Positions 1 to 12,645 of a DNA stretch of 64,000 nucleotides are shown here, piece by piece. The notes under the pieces are model-generated. The model saw nothing but the letters and a program-made list of their open reading frames with translations. It had not been told where the DNA came from and searched no databases. Within the stretch, counting starts at the first letter, position 1. Every line of letters begins with the position of its first letter. The position numbers and the translations under genes are program-made. The DNA is taken from assembly GCA_951406725.2 (NCBI GenBank), contig OX597820.1, positions 116,808,001-116,872,000 of the forward strand. Direction: 5' to 3'. Source of the DNA: Octopus vulgaris. Taxonomy: Eukaryota.

Positions 1-305
1 CGACCCCGAAAGGATGAAAGGCAAAGTTGACCTCGGTGGAATTTGAACTCAGAACGTAACGGTAGATGAAATACCTATTTCTTTATTACCCACAAGGGGC
101 AAAACACAGAGGGGACAAAGAAGGACAGACATAGGTATTAAGTCGATTACATCGACGCCAGTGCGTAACTGGTACTTAATTTATCGACCCCGAAAGGATG
201 AAAGGCAAAGTTGACCTCGGTGGAATTTGAACTCAGAACGTAACGGTAGACGAAATACCGCTAAGCATTTCGCCTGGCGCACTAACGACCCTGCCAACTT
301 GCCCC
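1..305 (-). mobile_element. SINE family B with internal duplication. Further copies at about 2020-2500, 3771-3910, 32884-33084, 37012-37440, 37687-37845, 48770-49003
   Basis: Shared core cgaccccgaaaggatgaaaggcaaagtcgacctcggcggaatttgaactcagaacg. Confidence 0.85.
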
Positions 306-542
306 CTCATGATGTACAAATATTAAAAACAAAATCAATATGTTTATCATTCGTTGTGCCAAATCAAGCTAAACTTGTGAATTTGATTTTGTGGGTTTTT
401 CGTTTTATTCTCTATTTTTTTTTTTCCGATTAAACATTTAATAATTCAGATAGACATCATCAATATTTTATAGTAGACGTCATGCTTGTATGCTTTTTAC
501 ATGCATAGGAGTAGATGAGATGAGGACACGAACGTTAAAGAG

Positions 543-651
543 ATGTGTGTGTGTGTCATAAGGATGTGAGTTTTTGTGTATGTGTGTATCATAAGTGTGT
601 GTGTGTGTGTGTGTAAGTGACAGTATTATAGTGGTTATACCTTTGTGTATA

Positions 652-686
<35 letters not shown>

Positions 687-777
687 GTGTATGTCTGTAT
701 GTGTGCTCGAGTGTTTGGCTGAGTTTCACAGTGTATGAGTTGTTGCAGATGATGTTGTACTTTATCAATGAGTCTGT

Positions 778-818
<41 letters not shown>

Positions 819-1000
819 TATGCATGTGTGTGTGTGTGTGTGAGTATGCATGTGTGTGTGTGTGTGAGTATGCATGTGTGTGTGTGTGTGTGTGAGTATG
901 CATGTGTGTGTGTGTGTGTGTGAGTATGCATGTGTGTGTCTGTGTGTGAGTATGCATGTGTGTGTGTGTGTGTGTCTGTGTCTGTGTGTGTGTGTGTGCA
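543..1000. repeat. (GT)n microsatellite punctuated by GAGTATGCAT units
   Basis: Read directly. It is the source of the HT/VC ORFs. Confidence 0.95.
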
Positions 1001-1246
1001 TGTGGCCCACTTGTTCAGGAAAACACATGCAGAAAAACATATATTTGCATTGTTTCGTGTTGATTTCCATAATGAAATCTAGAAACCGAGATAAGATTTT
1101 ACCCTTGGGCAAATATATAAATATCAGTTTGCTGTCAGCAATTTTTAATGCAGTGGGTCATCACCATCATCACCATCATCATCATCACCACCATCATCAG
1201 CAGCAGCAGCCGTGTCTTATCACCACCAGCCACTACCATCAGTAGA

Positions 1247-1626
1247 GGCGCAATGGCCCAGTAGTTAGGGCAGCGGACTCGCGGTCATAGGATCGCGGTT
1301 TCGATTCCCAGACCGGGCGTTGTGAGTGTTTATTGAGCGAAAACACCTAAAAGCTCCACAAGGCTCCGGCAGGGGATGGTGGTGATCCCTGCTGTACTCT
1401 TTCACCACAACTTTCTCTCACTCTTACTTCCTGTTTCTGTTGTACCTGTATTTCAAGGGGCCGGCCTTGTCACTCTCTGTGTCACGCTGAATATCCCCGA
1501 GAACTACGTTAAGGGTACACGTGTCTGTGGAGTGCTCAGCCACTTACACGTTAATTTCACAAGCAGGCTGTTCCGTTGATTCGGATCAACCGGAACCCTC
1601 ATCGTCGTAACCGACGGAGTGCTTCC
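1247..1626 (+). mobile_element. tRNA-headed SINE (family C)
   Basis: ggcgcaatggcccagtagttaggg...ggtttcgattccc (A/B-box-like head). Near-identical to 7617-7996. Confidence 0.85.
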
Positions 1627-1681
1627 CCACTACCATCATTATGATGGTCATCACAACCATCATCATGATCATTATTATCAG

Positions 1682-1727
<46 letters not shown>

Positions 1728-2505
1728 GAGTGAGAGAGCAGTGCATGCCATCAAAGTGACACTGGGGTAAAATATACGAAGCCCAGTATACCCATCATAA
1801 CTACCCGTCTGATAAGGGTACACCAGGCACGTGCATCACAACCATATGTGCGCGACATGGAGATCTCATATCAAGATAAACAGCACATGACCTTGCAAGT
1901 AGGGCCCAGTTAGAATTTTCTTCAGGTTGAGTATCCAATCCTGCACAAAAGGTCCCTGAATAAAGGTTGCTTAAGGATGTTGAACGAAGCACCCATGTTT
2001 CCGGAGGTGAATTATTCAAACCGAGGTCGACTTTGCATTTCATCCTTTCGGGGTCGATTAAATAAGTACCAGTTACGCACTAGGGTCGATATAATCGACT
2101 CAATCCCTTTGTCTGTCCTTGTTTGTCCCCTCTGTGTTTAGCCCCTTGTGGGTAGTAAAGAAATAGGTATTTCATGTCTTCATGTTCTGAGTTGAAATTC
2201 CGCTGAGATCAACTTCGTCTTTCATTCTTTCAAAGTCAATAAATTAAGTACCAGTTGCATACTGGGTTGACCTAATCGACTGGCCTCCTCCCCCAAAATT
2301 TCAGGCCTTGTGTCTTGAGTAGAAAAGAATCATTAGCATGCTTTTCCTTCCCTTTATGTTCTGAGTTCAAATTCTGCTGAGGTCGACTTTGCCTTTCATC
2401 CTTTTGGGGTCAATAAATTAAGTACCAGTGAAACACTGGGGTCAATATAATCAACTAGTTCCTTCCAGCCAAAAATTTAAGGCCTTGTACCTTTTAGGTG
2501 AAAGG

Positions 2506-2559
<54 letters not shown>

Positions 2560-2573
2560 GTTATTATTATTAT

Positions 2574-3720
2574 TACTTCTTTTTATCACAGGTTTTGTTG
2601 TAACTCCTGGAGTCTTGCATGCATAGCTGTCTTACTACCTGCAGCCAAAAGTACAATCCTATCCATTCTTTTCAGCTATGAAATACCTCCTTCATTATTC
2701 TGGCCATGCCAAGGAGGCAAACCTTTTGTAACAGTTCTACTGGACACTCTATTCCAATTTCCTTTATATTCCTCTTGATGCCTTCTGATACTGTCCCCAA
2801 GGGCCCAACAATAATTGCCACCATCTTCATTTTCCATAGCTGGGCTATTTCGTACTTAAGACGGTTGTATCCATCTATCTTTTCACCTTCCTTCTTGACT
2901 ATTCCTGGCTCAAAGGGGCATGCAACATCAGCTATATAGCATATATAATATTATCATTATTATTATTGTTATCATTATTATCAAATAATCACAGAAGTTC
3001 GGGGCAGTCTTCAGCCTGTCCAGCTCTTGTGGTACCATCCCACTCATCCTAGCATGGAACACGGGCATTAAATGATGATGATGATGCCTTCTGATACTGT
3101 TCCCAAGGACCGAACAATAATTGCCACCATCTTCACCTCCTTCATTTTCCATTGCCGGGCTATTTCATAGTTAAGAGGGTTGTATTTATCTTTTTCCCTT
3201 CCTTCTTGGCTATTCGTGGATCAAAGGGGCATGCAATATCAACTATATAACACATGTGGTGCACCTTGTCCACCACCACTAGGTCCAGTCTGTTATGCTC
3301 TAGCACCTGATCTGTTCAGATTAGGAAATCCCAGAGGCTTTTGCTAGTCTCTGACTCTGCCACTCTCTGCAGTTTGTGCTCAGACCACGTCTTGCCCTCA
3401 CTTTTTGCACAGTTTCCAATGTAGCGCTTTCACTATCTGATCGTGCCATCACAACTTGTGGCGGGTTTGGGGCAAGTGTGGGGCATTCGTTTGTGATATG
3501 GACAATGGTTTCATCCACCCTATTGCAGATGCAGCACAAAGGAGACACTTGCTCATTCCTAAGGTTGACCCTCCAGTTTGTGGCCAAAGCCTGGTCTTGC
3601 TTTTGGTCCCTTTTTTTAGGGTTCCTTTCGTCAGCCAATCCCACTTATTTTTTCCAGCAACTTCTGTTGTTGCCAAATGGAATTGATTGAGTAGTCTCTT
3701 CTTGTGAAATTCTTCATGTC
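2574..3720 (-). mobile_element. R4/Dong-like non-LTR retrotransposon fragment (CCHC plus restriction-like endonuclease) set in (ATT)n
   Basis: SPLCCICNRVDETIVHITNECPTLA, WDF...LEHNRLDLVVVDK, DVACPF remnants. Both sides abut (ATT)n tracts. About 2775-2945 is duplicated at about 3083-3250. Confidence 0.7.
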
Positions 3721-3725
3721 CTTTT

Positions 3726-3772
<47 letters not shown>

Positions 3773-3959
3773 GGCAGCGAGCTGGTAGAATGATGCTGGA
3801 CAAAATGCTTAGCAGCAGCATATTGTCCATCTCTATGTTCTGAGTTCAAATTCTGCTGAGGTCAGTTTTGCCTTTCATCTATTTAGGGTCAATGAAATGA
3901 GTACCAGTTAAGCATGGCCGCAGTCAAATGACTGAAACAAGTAAAAGAGAGTAAAAGAG

Positions 3960-4170
3960 TATACTAGCCATCTCAATATGGCTAACCACTAAGGGTGGGT
4001 GTTACTGTAGCTTGTAGCCCCAGGAGATCATCGTCTCCAGCTGGCTTTAGGCACACTTTCTGTGCCCTTATGGTATTTGCAAAGGGAGGCCCTTATGGTA
4101 TTTGCAAAGGGGCTACAAGCTACAGTAACACCCACCCTTAGTGGTTAGCCATATTGAGATGGCTAGTGTA
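3960..4170. mobile_element. MITE/foldback element with 59-bp perfect inverted repeats
   Basis: 3963-4021 is the exact reverse complement of 4109-4167. Confidence 0.75.
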
Positions 4171-4949
4171 CCTTACACTGTCGTGCAGTTACTGTTTACA
4201 TCTCATTCAGAGATTTATTATTGCTATTTATTTAATGCAGATGACCAAACATTTCAGTAAATCGATTTTGTTTTTAAGTTTCTGCAATGGACACTGTTAC
4301 CCCAAATTCTAGAACCTATCCCGAGACAGGTTTACTATTTCCTCTATTGGAAACCTACATTTTATTTAAACTTCTTCTAGGTTACATTTTGACAACCTAG
4401 CATATTCAGTACAATGTTGTAGTTTTAATTATGTAGTCATTATATTTCATATAAACTCCAGATGTATAACAGGACTTGCATCTTTTGTCCTTGTTTGTCA
4501 AGTTCAAATTTAAACTTCACAATAAGAAAGAACGATTACACTGGACAATAAAGATTTTGCTGTTGGGGTAAAAGCATGTGTTTTGGACTAAATCAAGGAT
4601 GCTGATTCCAAATCTGCACTCAGAATTGTTCTAGCATGTCAGGATTTTGTGTTATGCACATGCACAAGATTATAACTATACTTTCAGCTAGATATAGGCC
4701 GTATTATAAAATTTGCTAAAATGAAAGCGGACTTAATTCAAAGTTAAAGAAAAGCAGCAATAAAACAAACGATGAGAAAGTTTGTTATTTAGTTTGGCAA
4801 TAGATGGCGCTGACGTATTGTGTGCAAGCGCCAAATACGTCAGTTTGTTCTTGGTAACTCTCAGTGTCGCTTGTGCTGCCGTCACGTGTGGTATGTTTAT
4901 CTCTTGCTCTGCGTGATTACTGTTTTAACTGTGTTCATAGTGTTAGATC

Positions 4950-6839
4950 ATGAATAGGAGAGACTGTGTGAATCCCCCCAGACAACTTTTGCTATGTCTG
5001 TGGAAAGTTTGCTCCGTGTGACCAGCGGAAGAACATTGCCACTAAATTAAAAACTGCCTATGAATATTATTTCGGGTGTAAAGTTGGGGACGAAGACAAG
5101 AGGTGGGCACCTCATATATGCTGCACCGTGTGCTGCTCGGGGCTTATACAGTGGCTGAATGGAAAACGGAAGGGAAAGTCTTTTATTTTATCAATGGTAT
5201 GACATGAGCCAGCCAATCATGTCTCTGATTGTTACTTTTGCACGAGTGGTTTCTGAAAAAAGACCAAAGCAAAAATTGTGTTTGCAGATTGTAAGTCGGC
5301 TCTAAAACCGGCCCCACATGACTTTGAGAACCCCGTCCCAGTTCCCCTCTCATATACTTCACTTGAAAATCTTGACACGTCACATGATGAACCCCCTCAT
5401 TCTCCTATTGATGAAGAGTACATAGGTGATTTTAAGAAAAATGAGCCTGGCTAGTTTAACAAAGAAGATTTGGATGATTTAGTGAGAGACTTAGCATTGT
5501 CAAAGGAGAGGGCAGAAGTTTTGGGATCCAAACTACAACAGAATCTTCTACACCAAGGAATGATAATTTCCATTTTCTGTTCTCACCATACAGGCTTATC
5601 TGTCTTTTTCAAGCAAGAAAATAATGCTTGTTTCCGTACTGATATTAATGCATTTATGCAAAAACTAGGACATGTGCATGTGGCTAACGAATGGAGATCG
5701 TTTCTAGACTCGTGTAAGATTAGCTTCAAAGCTGTGTTGCCACATAATGGTAATGAAAGAAACCTTCCGTTACTGTGGGTCATGTTGTCGGTATGGAAGG
5801 CGGTGAGCTGGCAGAAACGTTAGCACGCCGGGCGAAATGCGTAGCCGTATTTCATCTGCCGTTACGTTCTGAGTTCAAATTCCGCCGAGGTCGACTTTGC
5901 CTTTCATCCGTTCAGGGTAGATTAAATAAGTACCAGTTACGCACTGGGGTCGATATAATCGACTCAATCCGTTTGTCTGTCCTTGTTTATCCTCTCTGTG
6001 TGTAGCCCCTTGTAGGTATGGAAGAAACTTATGAATTGATGGAAGTCTTTCTGAAAGGAGTCAATTACTCTGTTCACAGGTGGAATATTTGTGGTGATTT
6101 ACAGGTGATTTCCCTCCTTCTTGGACTGCAGCTGGGATATAACAAAAATATGTGCTTCTTGTGTGTTTGGAATAGCTGTGACGACAGCAATCATTACACT
6201 CTAAAAGTAGCCTAAAAAAAGAAAAATGAGTGCAAAGTTGGTTGGTGCAATGTGCAGCATATGCCACTGGCAGACCCATAATAGACCTTTCTGTCACCCC
6301 TTCACAGCAAACTTGGCCTTGTGGAAAACTTCGTAAAAACAATGACACACGATGGTTGTGGCTTCCAGTACCTAAAATTATAATTTGGTGCAGAGAAAAG
6401 TGAAGCAAAACTGAAAGCTGGCATTTTCATTGGACCCGAGATTAGAGAATTGATATCTGGTAGCAAATTCAGAGGTAAACTGAATCCAGTTGAGCAGACG
6501 ACATGGGATTCATTCATGTTAGCTGTAAAGATCTTGGAAATCATAGAGCTGGAAACTAGGCTGATTTAATAAACAACATGCTAACAGCGTATGAAAGAAT
6601 GGGATATCGAATGTCCCTTAAAATGCACTTCTTGCATTCTCATCTTGATTTTTCTTCCAATGAATCTTGGTGCCGTTAGTGATGAGCATGGTGAAAGGTT
6701 CCACCAGGACATATCTGAGATGGAAACGAGGTATCAAGTCCTGTTCAATCCATACATGATGGGTGACTACTGCTGGTTCCTGCAACGGGAGACCAGCACG
6801 GCGCATAAGTGCAAGAGCAAGTGTCTCAAACATTTCTGA
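4950..6839 (+). pseudogene. Chapaev3-like transposase, frameshifted with stops
   Basis: N-terminal Zn-finger PDNFCYVCGK...YFGCKVGDEDKRWAPHICCTVC...NHVSDCYFC; core ICGDLQVISLLLGLQLGYNKNMCFLCVW, KLKAGIFIGP, NLGAVSDEHGERFHQDISEMETRY...MMGDYCW. Confidence 0.85.
5800..6014 (+). mobile_element. SINE (family B, ggcggcgagctggcagaa...) inserted in the transposase
   Basis: Flanked by 10-bp direct repeat GGTATGGAAG (5790-5799, 6015-6024). Removing it restores HVVGMEETYELM. Confidence 0.85.
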
Positions 6840-6939
6840 GCTGAGCATATCAAAAATAAAGTGAGCATTCCCTTAACATAAACATACTATGTACCATTAT
6901 ATTACAATACTATTTGCCTTAAACATAAATTTACTATAT

Positions 6940-7342
6940 ACTCTTTTACATGTTTCAGTCATTTGACTGCGGCCATGCTGGAGCACCGCCTTTAGTCGAG
7001 CAACTCGACCCCAAGACTTATTCTTTGTAAGCCCAGTACTTATTCTATCGGTCTCTTTTGCCAAACCGCTAAGTAACGGGGACGTAAACACACCAGCATC
7101 GGTTGTCAAGCAATGCTAGGGGTACAAACACAGACACACAAACACATACATACATATACATATATATACATATATACGACAGGCTTCTTTCAGTTTCCGT
7201 CTACCAAATCCACTCACAAGGCTTTGGTCGGCCCGAGGCTATAGCAGAAGACACTTGCCCAAGATGCCACGCAGTGGAACTGAACCCGCAACCATGTGGT
7301 TGGTAAACAAGCTACTTACCACACAGCCACTCCTGCGCCTAT
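6940..7342 (-). mobile_element. tRNA-derived SINE family A (aggcgcaggagtggctgtgtggtaag...). Other - copies at about 9030-9362, 51008-51411, 51960-52353, 54795-55171, 58520-59942 (interrupted)
   Basis: High mutual identity, B-box ggttcagtccc, internal TA/CA tract and gtaaaagag tail. Confidence 0.9.
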
Positions 7343-7616
7343 TCCTGATTCTAATATAGTATTAATATATGATTATGCACATAACTCAAAATCCTGACAC
7401 GTTACAGCAATTCTGTGTTCAGATTCGTAATCAGCGAACTCGATTTAGTTTTTAGTACAGAACCATTTGTCTGGGAAACAGGCAAGAAATCTTTCTTTGT
7501 TACCCATTGTTATCTCCCTTGTATAAATTGTCCACTTGCAGATCAAGTTTCAAACATCACTATTATTTTTACTAAAATTTGTGTTTATTTAATATGTATA
7601 ATTGACAACTTGTGGA

Positions 7617-7996
7617 GGCGCAATGGCCCAGTGGTTAGGGCAGCGGACTCGCGGTCGTAGGATCGCGGTTTCGATTCCCAGACCGGGCGCTGTGAGTGTT
7701 TATTGAGCGAAAACACCTAAAGCTCCACAAGGCTCTGGCAGGGGATGGTGGTGATCCCTGCTGTACTCTTTCACCACAACTTTCTCTCACTCTTACTTCC
7801 TGTTTCTGTTGTACCTGTATTTGAAAGGGCCGGCCTTGTCACTCTCTGTGTCACGCTGAATATCCCCGAGAACTACGTTAAGGGTGCACATGTCTGTGGA
7901 GTGTTCAGCCACTTACACGTTAATTTCACGAGCAGGCTGTTCCGTTGATTCGGATCAACCGGAACCCTCGTCGTCGTAACCGACGGAGTGCTTCCA
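7617..7996 (+). mobile_element. tRNA-headed SINE (family C)
   Basis: Near-identical to 1247-1626. Flanked by 12-bp direct repeat ATAATTGACAAC (7598-7609, 8000-8011). Confidence 0.88.
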
Positions 7997-8192
7997 TCCA
8001 TAATTGACAACAGAAATGATACTGAGAGACAAACAGCATTTAATGAATGTTGTGTAATTACTTATTTGTGAGATGTAAGTCTCCCCAGCTACCATTGTTG
8101 TTTCCTAGCTTTTGCTGTTCTTAAAAACTTGTATCCCATATAATAATGTCAAAAAATTATTTATCTTTAGTTATTGATTTATCTATTTCAAG

Positions 8193-8341
8193 GTATTCAA
8201 AGAGCGGTTCCGATTGATTGATTATATGAAGGATTATGACAAACTCAACTCTGGACGTATTATAAAGAGTAATTTTCAGCGTGCACTTGGATTGAGTCCT
8301 TTGAATCTCAGTGGATCAGAAATAACTCTCTTGGAATCCAG
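8193..8341 (+). CDS. Multi-EF-hand protein (EFCAB6-like architecture, orthology not established), third-last coding exon
   Basis: tttcaag|GTATTC acceptor and AG|gtgttt donor. Encodes VFKERFRLIDYMKDYDKLNSGRIIKSNFQRALG..., with EF-hand loop DYDKLNSGRI. Phase 2 end fits the next exon. Upstream exons were not found in the window. Confidence 0.85.
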
Positions 8342-9850
8342 GTGTTTAATTAACATTTTCTCACAAATTAACCATTTTACCAACTGTCTCGTTAAGTTAA
8401 TTTCGATGCAACCATTACTCTTTACATATGGCAGGGTATTAGCATAACACTTGCGTAAGGCAAAATATTAGCTTAAGACAAAGAATTTGTATAAGGCAAC
8501 GGATTAAGATGAGACCAATGGATTAGCATAAAGCAAAGGTTTAGCAAGAGGTAAAATATTTCAAAAGATTAAAATTTAAATCTGGCCTGAGTTGAATTGA
8601 CCTTTTATATCTAAAGAATTGGTAAGTGTCAAGAATGTGATTGAATTGGACTTTATCCAAAACAAATCTATATTATTATTTGAGAGAGAGCCTCCATAGT
8701 AAAGAATGGTAAGCACAAACCCCAACTTTATTATGTTTTAAAAGGCTTCAAAATAGTTTTTGTTGAAGGAGAGTGTCCTAGTGGTTAGGGTGTTGTACTT
8801 ACAAACATGCAATTGTGGTTTCAATTCTTGAATGAGGTGGTACTTCATTTTATACTGCTCTAGTCTGCTCAGCAGACAAAAATGATGGACACCAGTTGAG
8901 GAGGGAATGTTTTGGTCACTTATAAGCCATGGAAAATGGGTAACTGACCCTCAGAGTCCTGAAGACTTGAAGCAATGATATCCACAGGTCGATGATGATG
9001 AGAAAAATACTTTTGATATCTTTTATTTTTTTTACTTGTTTCAATCATTTGATTGTGGCCATTCTGGGGCATTGTCTTGAAGAATTTTAGTCAAATGGAT
9101 TGACCCTAGTGTTTACTTTTATTTTAAGCCTGGTACTTATTCTATCAGTTCCTTTTACTGAAATGCTAAGTCATGGGGATGTAAACACACACACACACAC
9201 ACATGTATATGACAGGTTTCTTTCGGCTCTGACTACCAAATTCATTCATAAGGTTTTGGTTGGCTCGAGGCTATAGTAGAAGACACTTGCCCAAGGCGAT
9301 GAGCAGTGGGACTGAACCCAAAACTGTGTGGTTGGGAAGCAAACTTCTTACCACACAGCCAGGATCAGCCAATCTCTTTTTTCCCTTGTAATAGGGTATC
9401 CCAGGCAACATTATCCAATATATCCTTCCTTTTAAGATGGTCGGATGCGGTTTGAGGGAGATTCAGTTGCTATTTCTAACCAGCCAAGTAATCACGTAGA
9501 GGTTCCCTTGTTAGTTCAGTAACTTGAAATGTTGGGTTACCCAACCCTCAGCATAATAAGTACCACCACTGAACACTTCATATGAAATATCAAGAGCAAT
9601 TTAGTTAATTTGACCCTAACCCCTTGAAAAAAGGAGAGGTTTAGGTTCCAGTAAAAGTCGAATTCTGGGCAGCAAGTCAATTTTACAGTGATGCTGCTGC
9701 TTATAGTGAAGAGTTGTTCTTCATTTATAGATGGAGATTTTAAAAAAAGTTAGAAAGCTTAGAAAAGGTCAATAAACTTATGTCTGATTCTGTGAACATT
9801 TTTGAAACGTTATTTTCTTTAAGCAACTGTGATTATCTTTACTTAAATAG

Positions 9851-10055
9851 GTTTGAATCACCAAGCAATCCTGGGTCCGTAGACTACAGGAAATTTTGTG
9901 ATGAAATTGAGTCTGTTTTCACCACTGCCAACCTTGATAAAAGCCCGTTGAAAGAAGTTGAGCAATATCGGCCAAAGCAGGAATGGGAAACTAATATCCT
10001 GAAAGAAGAGGAAGAATCAGAATTCATGAAAGCAATGACAAGGATAGCTGAAAAG
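9851..10055 (+). CDS. Multi-EF-hand protein, penultimate exon
   Basis: aaatag|G acceptor and AAG|gtaaga donor. Encodes (R)FESPSNPGSVDYRKFCDEIESVFT...MTRIAEK, with the second helix of an EF pair (VDYRKFC). Phases are consistent on both sides. Confidence 0.88.
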
Positions 10056-10071
10056 GTAAGAATCAAATGGA

Positions 10072-10951
10072 CAAGGTGCACTCTTGAAGGTTTGAGACTT
10101 TATCAGGAGAGACATTTATTTATTTCAAAGAAGTACAAAACTCTCGTCTCCTTTGAAGTAGGATGATTCTCTGACTTGTTGTCACACTTTAGCCCCTTCT
10201 TGAAGACCCCATGGAAGTCCTCCAAAGTGAAGGAGTCCAGGACCCTTCTGACAGTCTCCATTTTTTCTTACTTAGGGAACAATCAAAAGTCACAGGGTGC
10301 AAAGTCTGGACTGTGAGGAGCATGAAGGACAGTCCTGATGGCCATCCCTGTCAAATAATTGGTTGTTAGGATGGAATTGTTGATGGGTGAAGTGTCCTGG
10401 TACAAATGCTCTGTCTTTTACAACAAAACCTCTTCCCAAACTCCCTCAGAACCTCCCCAAAGTAGTCCTTGTTGACTGTCTAACCAGAGGGAACCCAGTA
10501 GTTGTAGATGATATCCTTGCTGTTGAAAAAAGGGATCACCATGAGCTTGCCCTGCCTGACTATGCCCTTTAGCTAAGAGGTATGCTTGTATCTTATTCAG
10601 TTCTTCAGTGAAAAACAGAAGCTGGGGTCAGACAAGTTAATCCATAAGCAGTATGGAGCATTTCATAAATTTTTGTAGCATTTTTGTCCCAGTTTAATGC
10701 AAAATTTAATTGGCCAGTGAGTTTTGAAATTGTCTTTACATCCCAGCTGCATTCTTCAAACTAATCATCTGTGACAAGCTGTGTTTATTAAGGTGTGTTC
10801 AAAGTGCTGTTACAGCCATCTCCTCCTTCCTTCAAAGGTTGGCAGGTCAGCTTATTAGATGTAATGATATACTAAAATTACAATGATTTAGGACAGTTGG
10901 AGCCGTCTCCCCTGAAAAAAAAAAATCTCAAAGTCTATGGAATGCACCTTG
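10072..10951 (-). mobile_element. Internally deleted mariner relic
   Basis: Ends CAAGGTGCAC/TTC...GAATGCACCTTG|TA. Minus-strand remnant PHSPDFAPCDF corresponds to the mariner YSPDLAPxD motif. Starts 16 nt into the intron. Confidence 0.75.
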
Positions 10952-11029
10952 TAAATTATTCAGTTGTACTTTAACTGTTGGTTCCTTAGTTAAGTTGATA
11001 ATTTCCTGAAAGTGTAGCTTTTACAGACA

Positions 11030-11328
11030 TCTTTATATATAAAAGTGAAGTTGTGTGTCTGTCTCCTACGATTTAGATTCCTAACTACTCCCACATTTTG
11101 CGGTGCAGTTTAACCAAAACCGGGTATCTTATAGTCGTGATTCATATCAAGTCCTTCTGAGTATTAGCGCGCGTCTACGATGAGTCTACGATTTAAAAAA
11201 AAATTTACCATCATTTTCCCCCATTTTTAATGCATTTTTTTGCTATTATATAAGGGAAGTAACTCTCTAAAAATGCTTATATAGTTATTTCCCTTACAAA
11301 TCCGAGCAACGCCGGGTGATACTGCTAG
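11030..11328 (+). mobile_element. Non-autonomous Helitron
   Basis: A|TC start, subterminal GC hairpin ccgagcaacgccggg, CTAG|T end, no TSD. Confidence 0.8.
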
Positions 11329-11804
11329 TCTATTTATATATCCAGGAAAGCCATTAAATTACTTTCTGCAGTTTGCTCAGTGAACACGAATGATTGGGTT
11401 GCTTGAGTACGAAATAAGAAGGTAACATTGGTACTTGATATCATATCACTGTTAGTGTGTTGGTAACCAAGGTGGATCTGAGCACGTACTGTAGGCTGAG
11501 AACAGCTGCCCAGTCAAAACTATGGCATTGAGGACAGAGACAGACTTTATTAGTTTGCAGTAACTGAGTTGAAGTTTATTGGGACTGCAGTAGACAATGA
11601 GATGTATTCGGCAATTACATGGCTGGGTGGTTAAGAAGCCTGCTTTGCATCAACATGCTTCCAGGTTCAGTCCCACTGTATGGCACTTTGGGCTGGTGTC
11701 TTCTACAGTAGTCACTGGCAATCAATGCCTTGTAAGTGAATTTAGTGGATGGAAACTGTGTGGAAACCTGTTCTGTGTGTGTGTTCTGATGGATTGGTGG
11801 TCAA

Positions 11805-12197
11805 TCTCTCCATATATAAAGCTGAAGTTGTCTGTGTGTGGCAGGTTTGGTAGCCTTCAACTAACACCATCTCCTCTGAGATCCTGCGGCGCAAATTGAC
11901 CAAAATTGAGAATATGATAGAAGAAGGCTTGCTCTTTCTTCCGTAGAAGAAAAAATTCAAATCGGACCATGTTAACACCAAAAATTATCTACATCACAAA
12001 GGTGCTTTTTTTTCTGTGAAAATCCCTATTTTTTACGATTTTTTGACTACTGTGTTGCCATTTTTCGGTGAATTTCAACCAGAAAAATGTTCACTTAAAG
12101 AGAATAACAAGCTACATAATGCAAAATTTTTACTTTTCAAAAGTTCCAATTCTAAAGGGTCGAAACAAACCTGAGCAACGCCGGACGATACTGCTAG
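11805..12197 (+). mobile_element. Non-autonomous Helitron with the same ends but a different interior
   Basis: A|TC...tatataaagctgaagttg start and gagcaacgccggacgatactgCTAG|T end. Confidence 0.8.
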
Positions 12198-12645
12198 TTA
12201 ATTGATAAATTCATATTTAATTAAATCAAGAGGGAGGTGAGGTACTAAATAATGTACGTGAAAATATTCTGATGAATTGAAATTTGTCTCTGACTGAATA
12301 AAAAATTTATTATGTGCAACAGAAGTAGGATTAGTTTAAAATAGCAATTGTATCATACGTAACTCTGTCCTTTAGCTAAGAAGTATGCTTGTATCTTATT
12401 CAGTTTTCCAGGTTGTTTAATGAGAACAAGGTCAGTGTTTCTAATAACACAACTTCTATGCAACACCAATAACAACGATAAGCTCTTATATTGACACAAC
12501 GCTCATTAACGACAAAGAAAATTACGATAATTTGCAATTAATGTATGTCTCTTTTGTAATCCGTTTTAATTATTTCGTTGTTAAAATTATTTTATCAAAG
12601 AAGCAGCTTTAAGAATTAGAATTACTTCCCTTGTCTTCCATTCAG

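Larger units (their letters stand above)
4539..7509 (+). mobile_element. Full-length decayed Chapaev3-type (CMC superfamily) DNA transposon
   Basis: TTA|CACTGG...CCATTG|TTA, i.e. 3-bp TTA TSD and CAC-type end with one mismatch. Imperfect subterminal inverted repeats at about 4600-4660 and 7375-7437. Two SINEs are nested inside. Confidence 0.8.

Noticed and set aside
1247-1320. tRNA gene
   Set aside because: It continues into a ~380-bp body that is repeated at 7617, so it is a SINE head.
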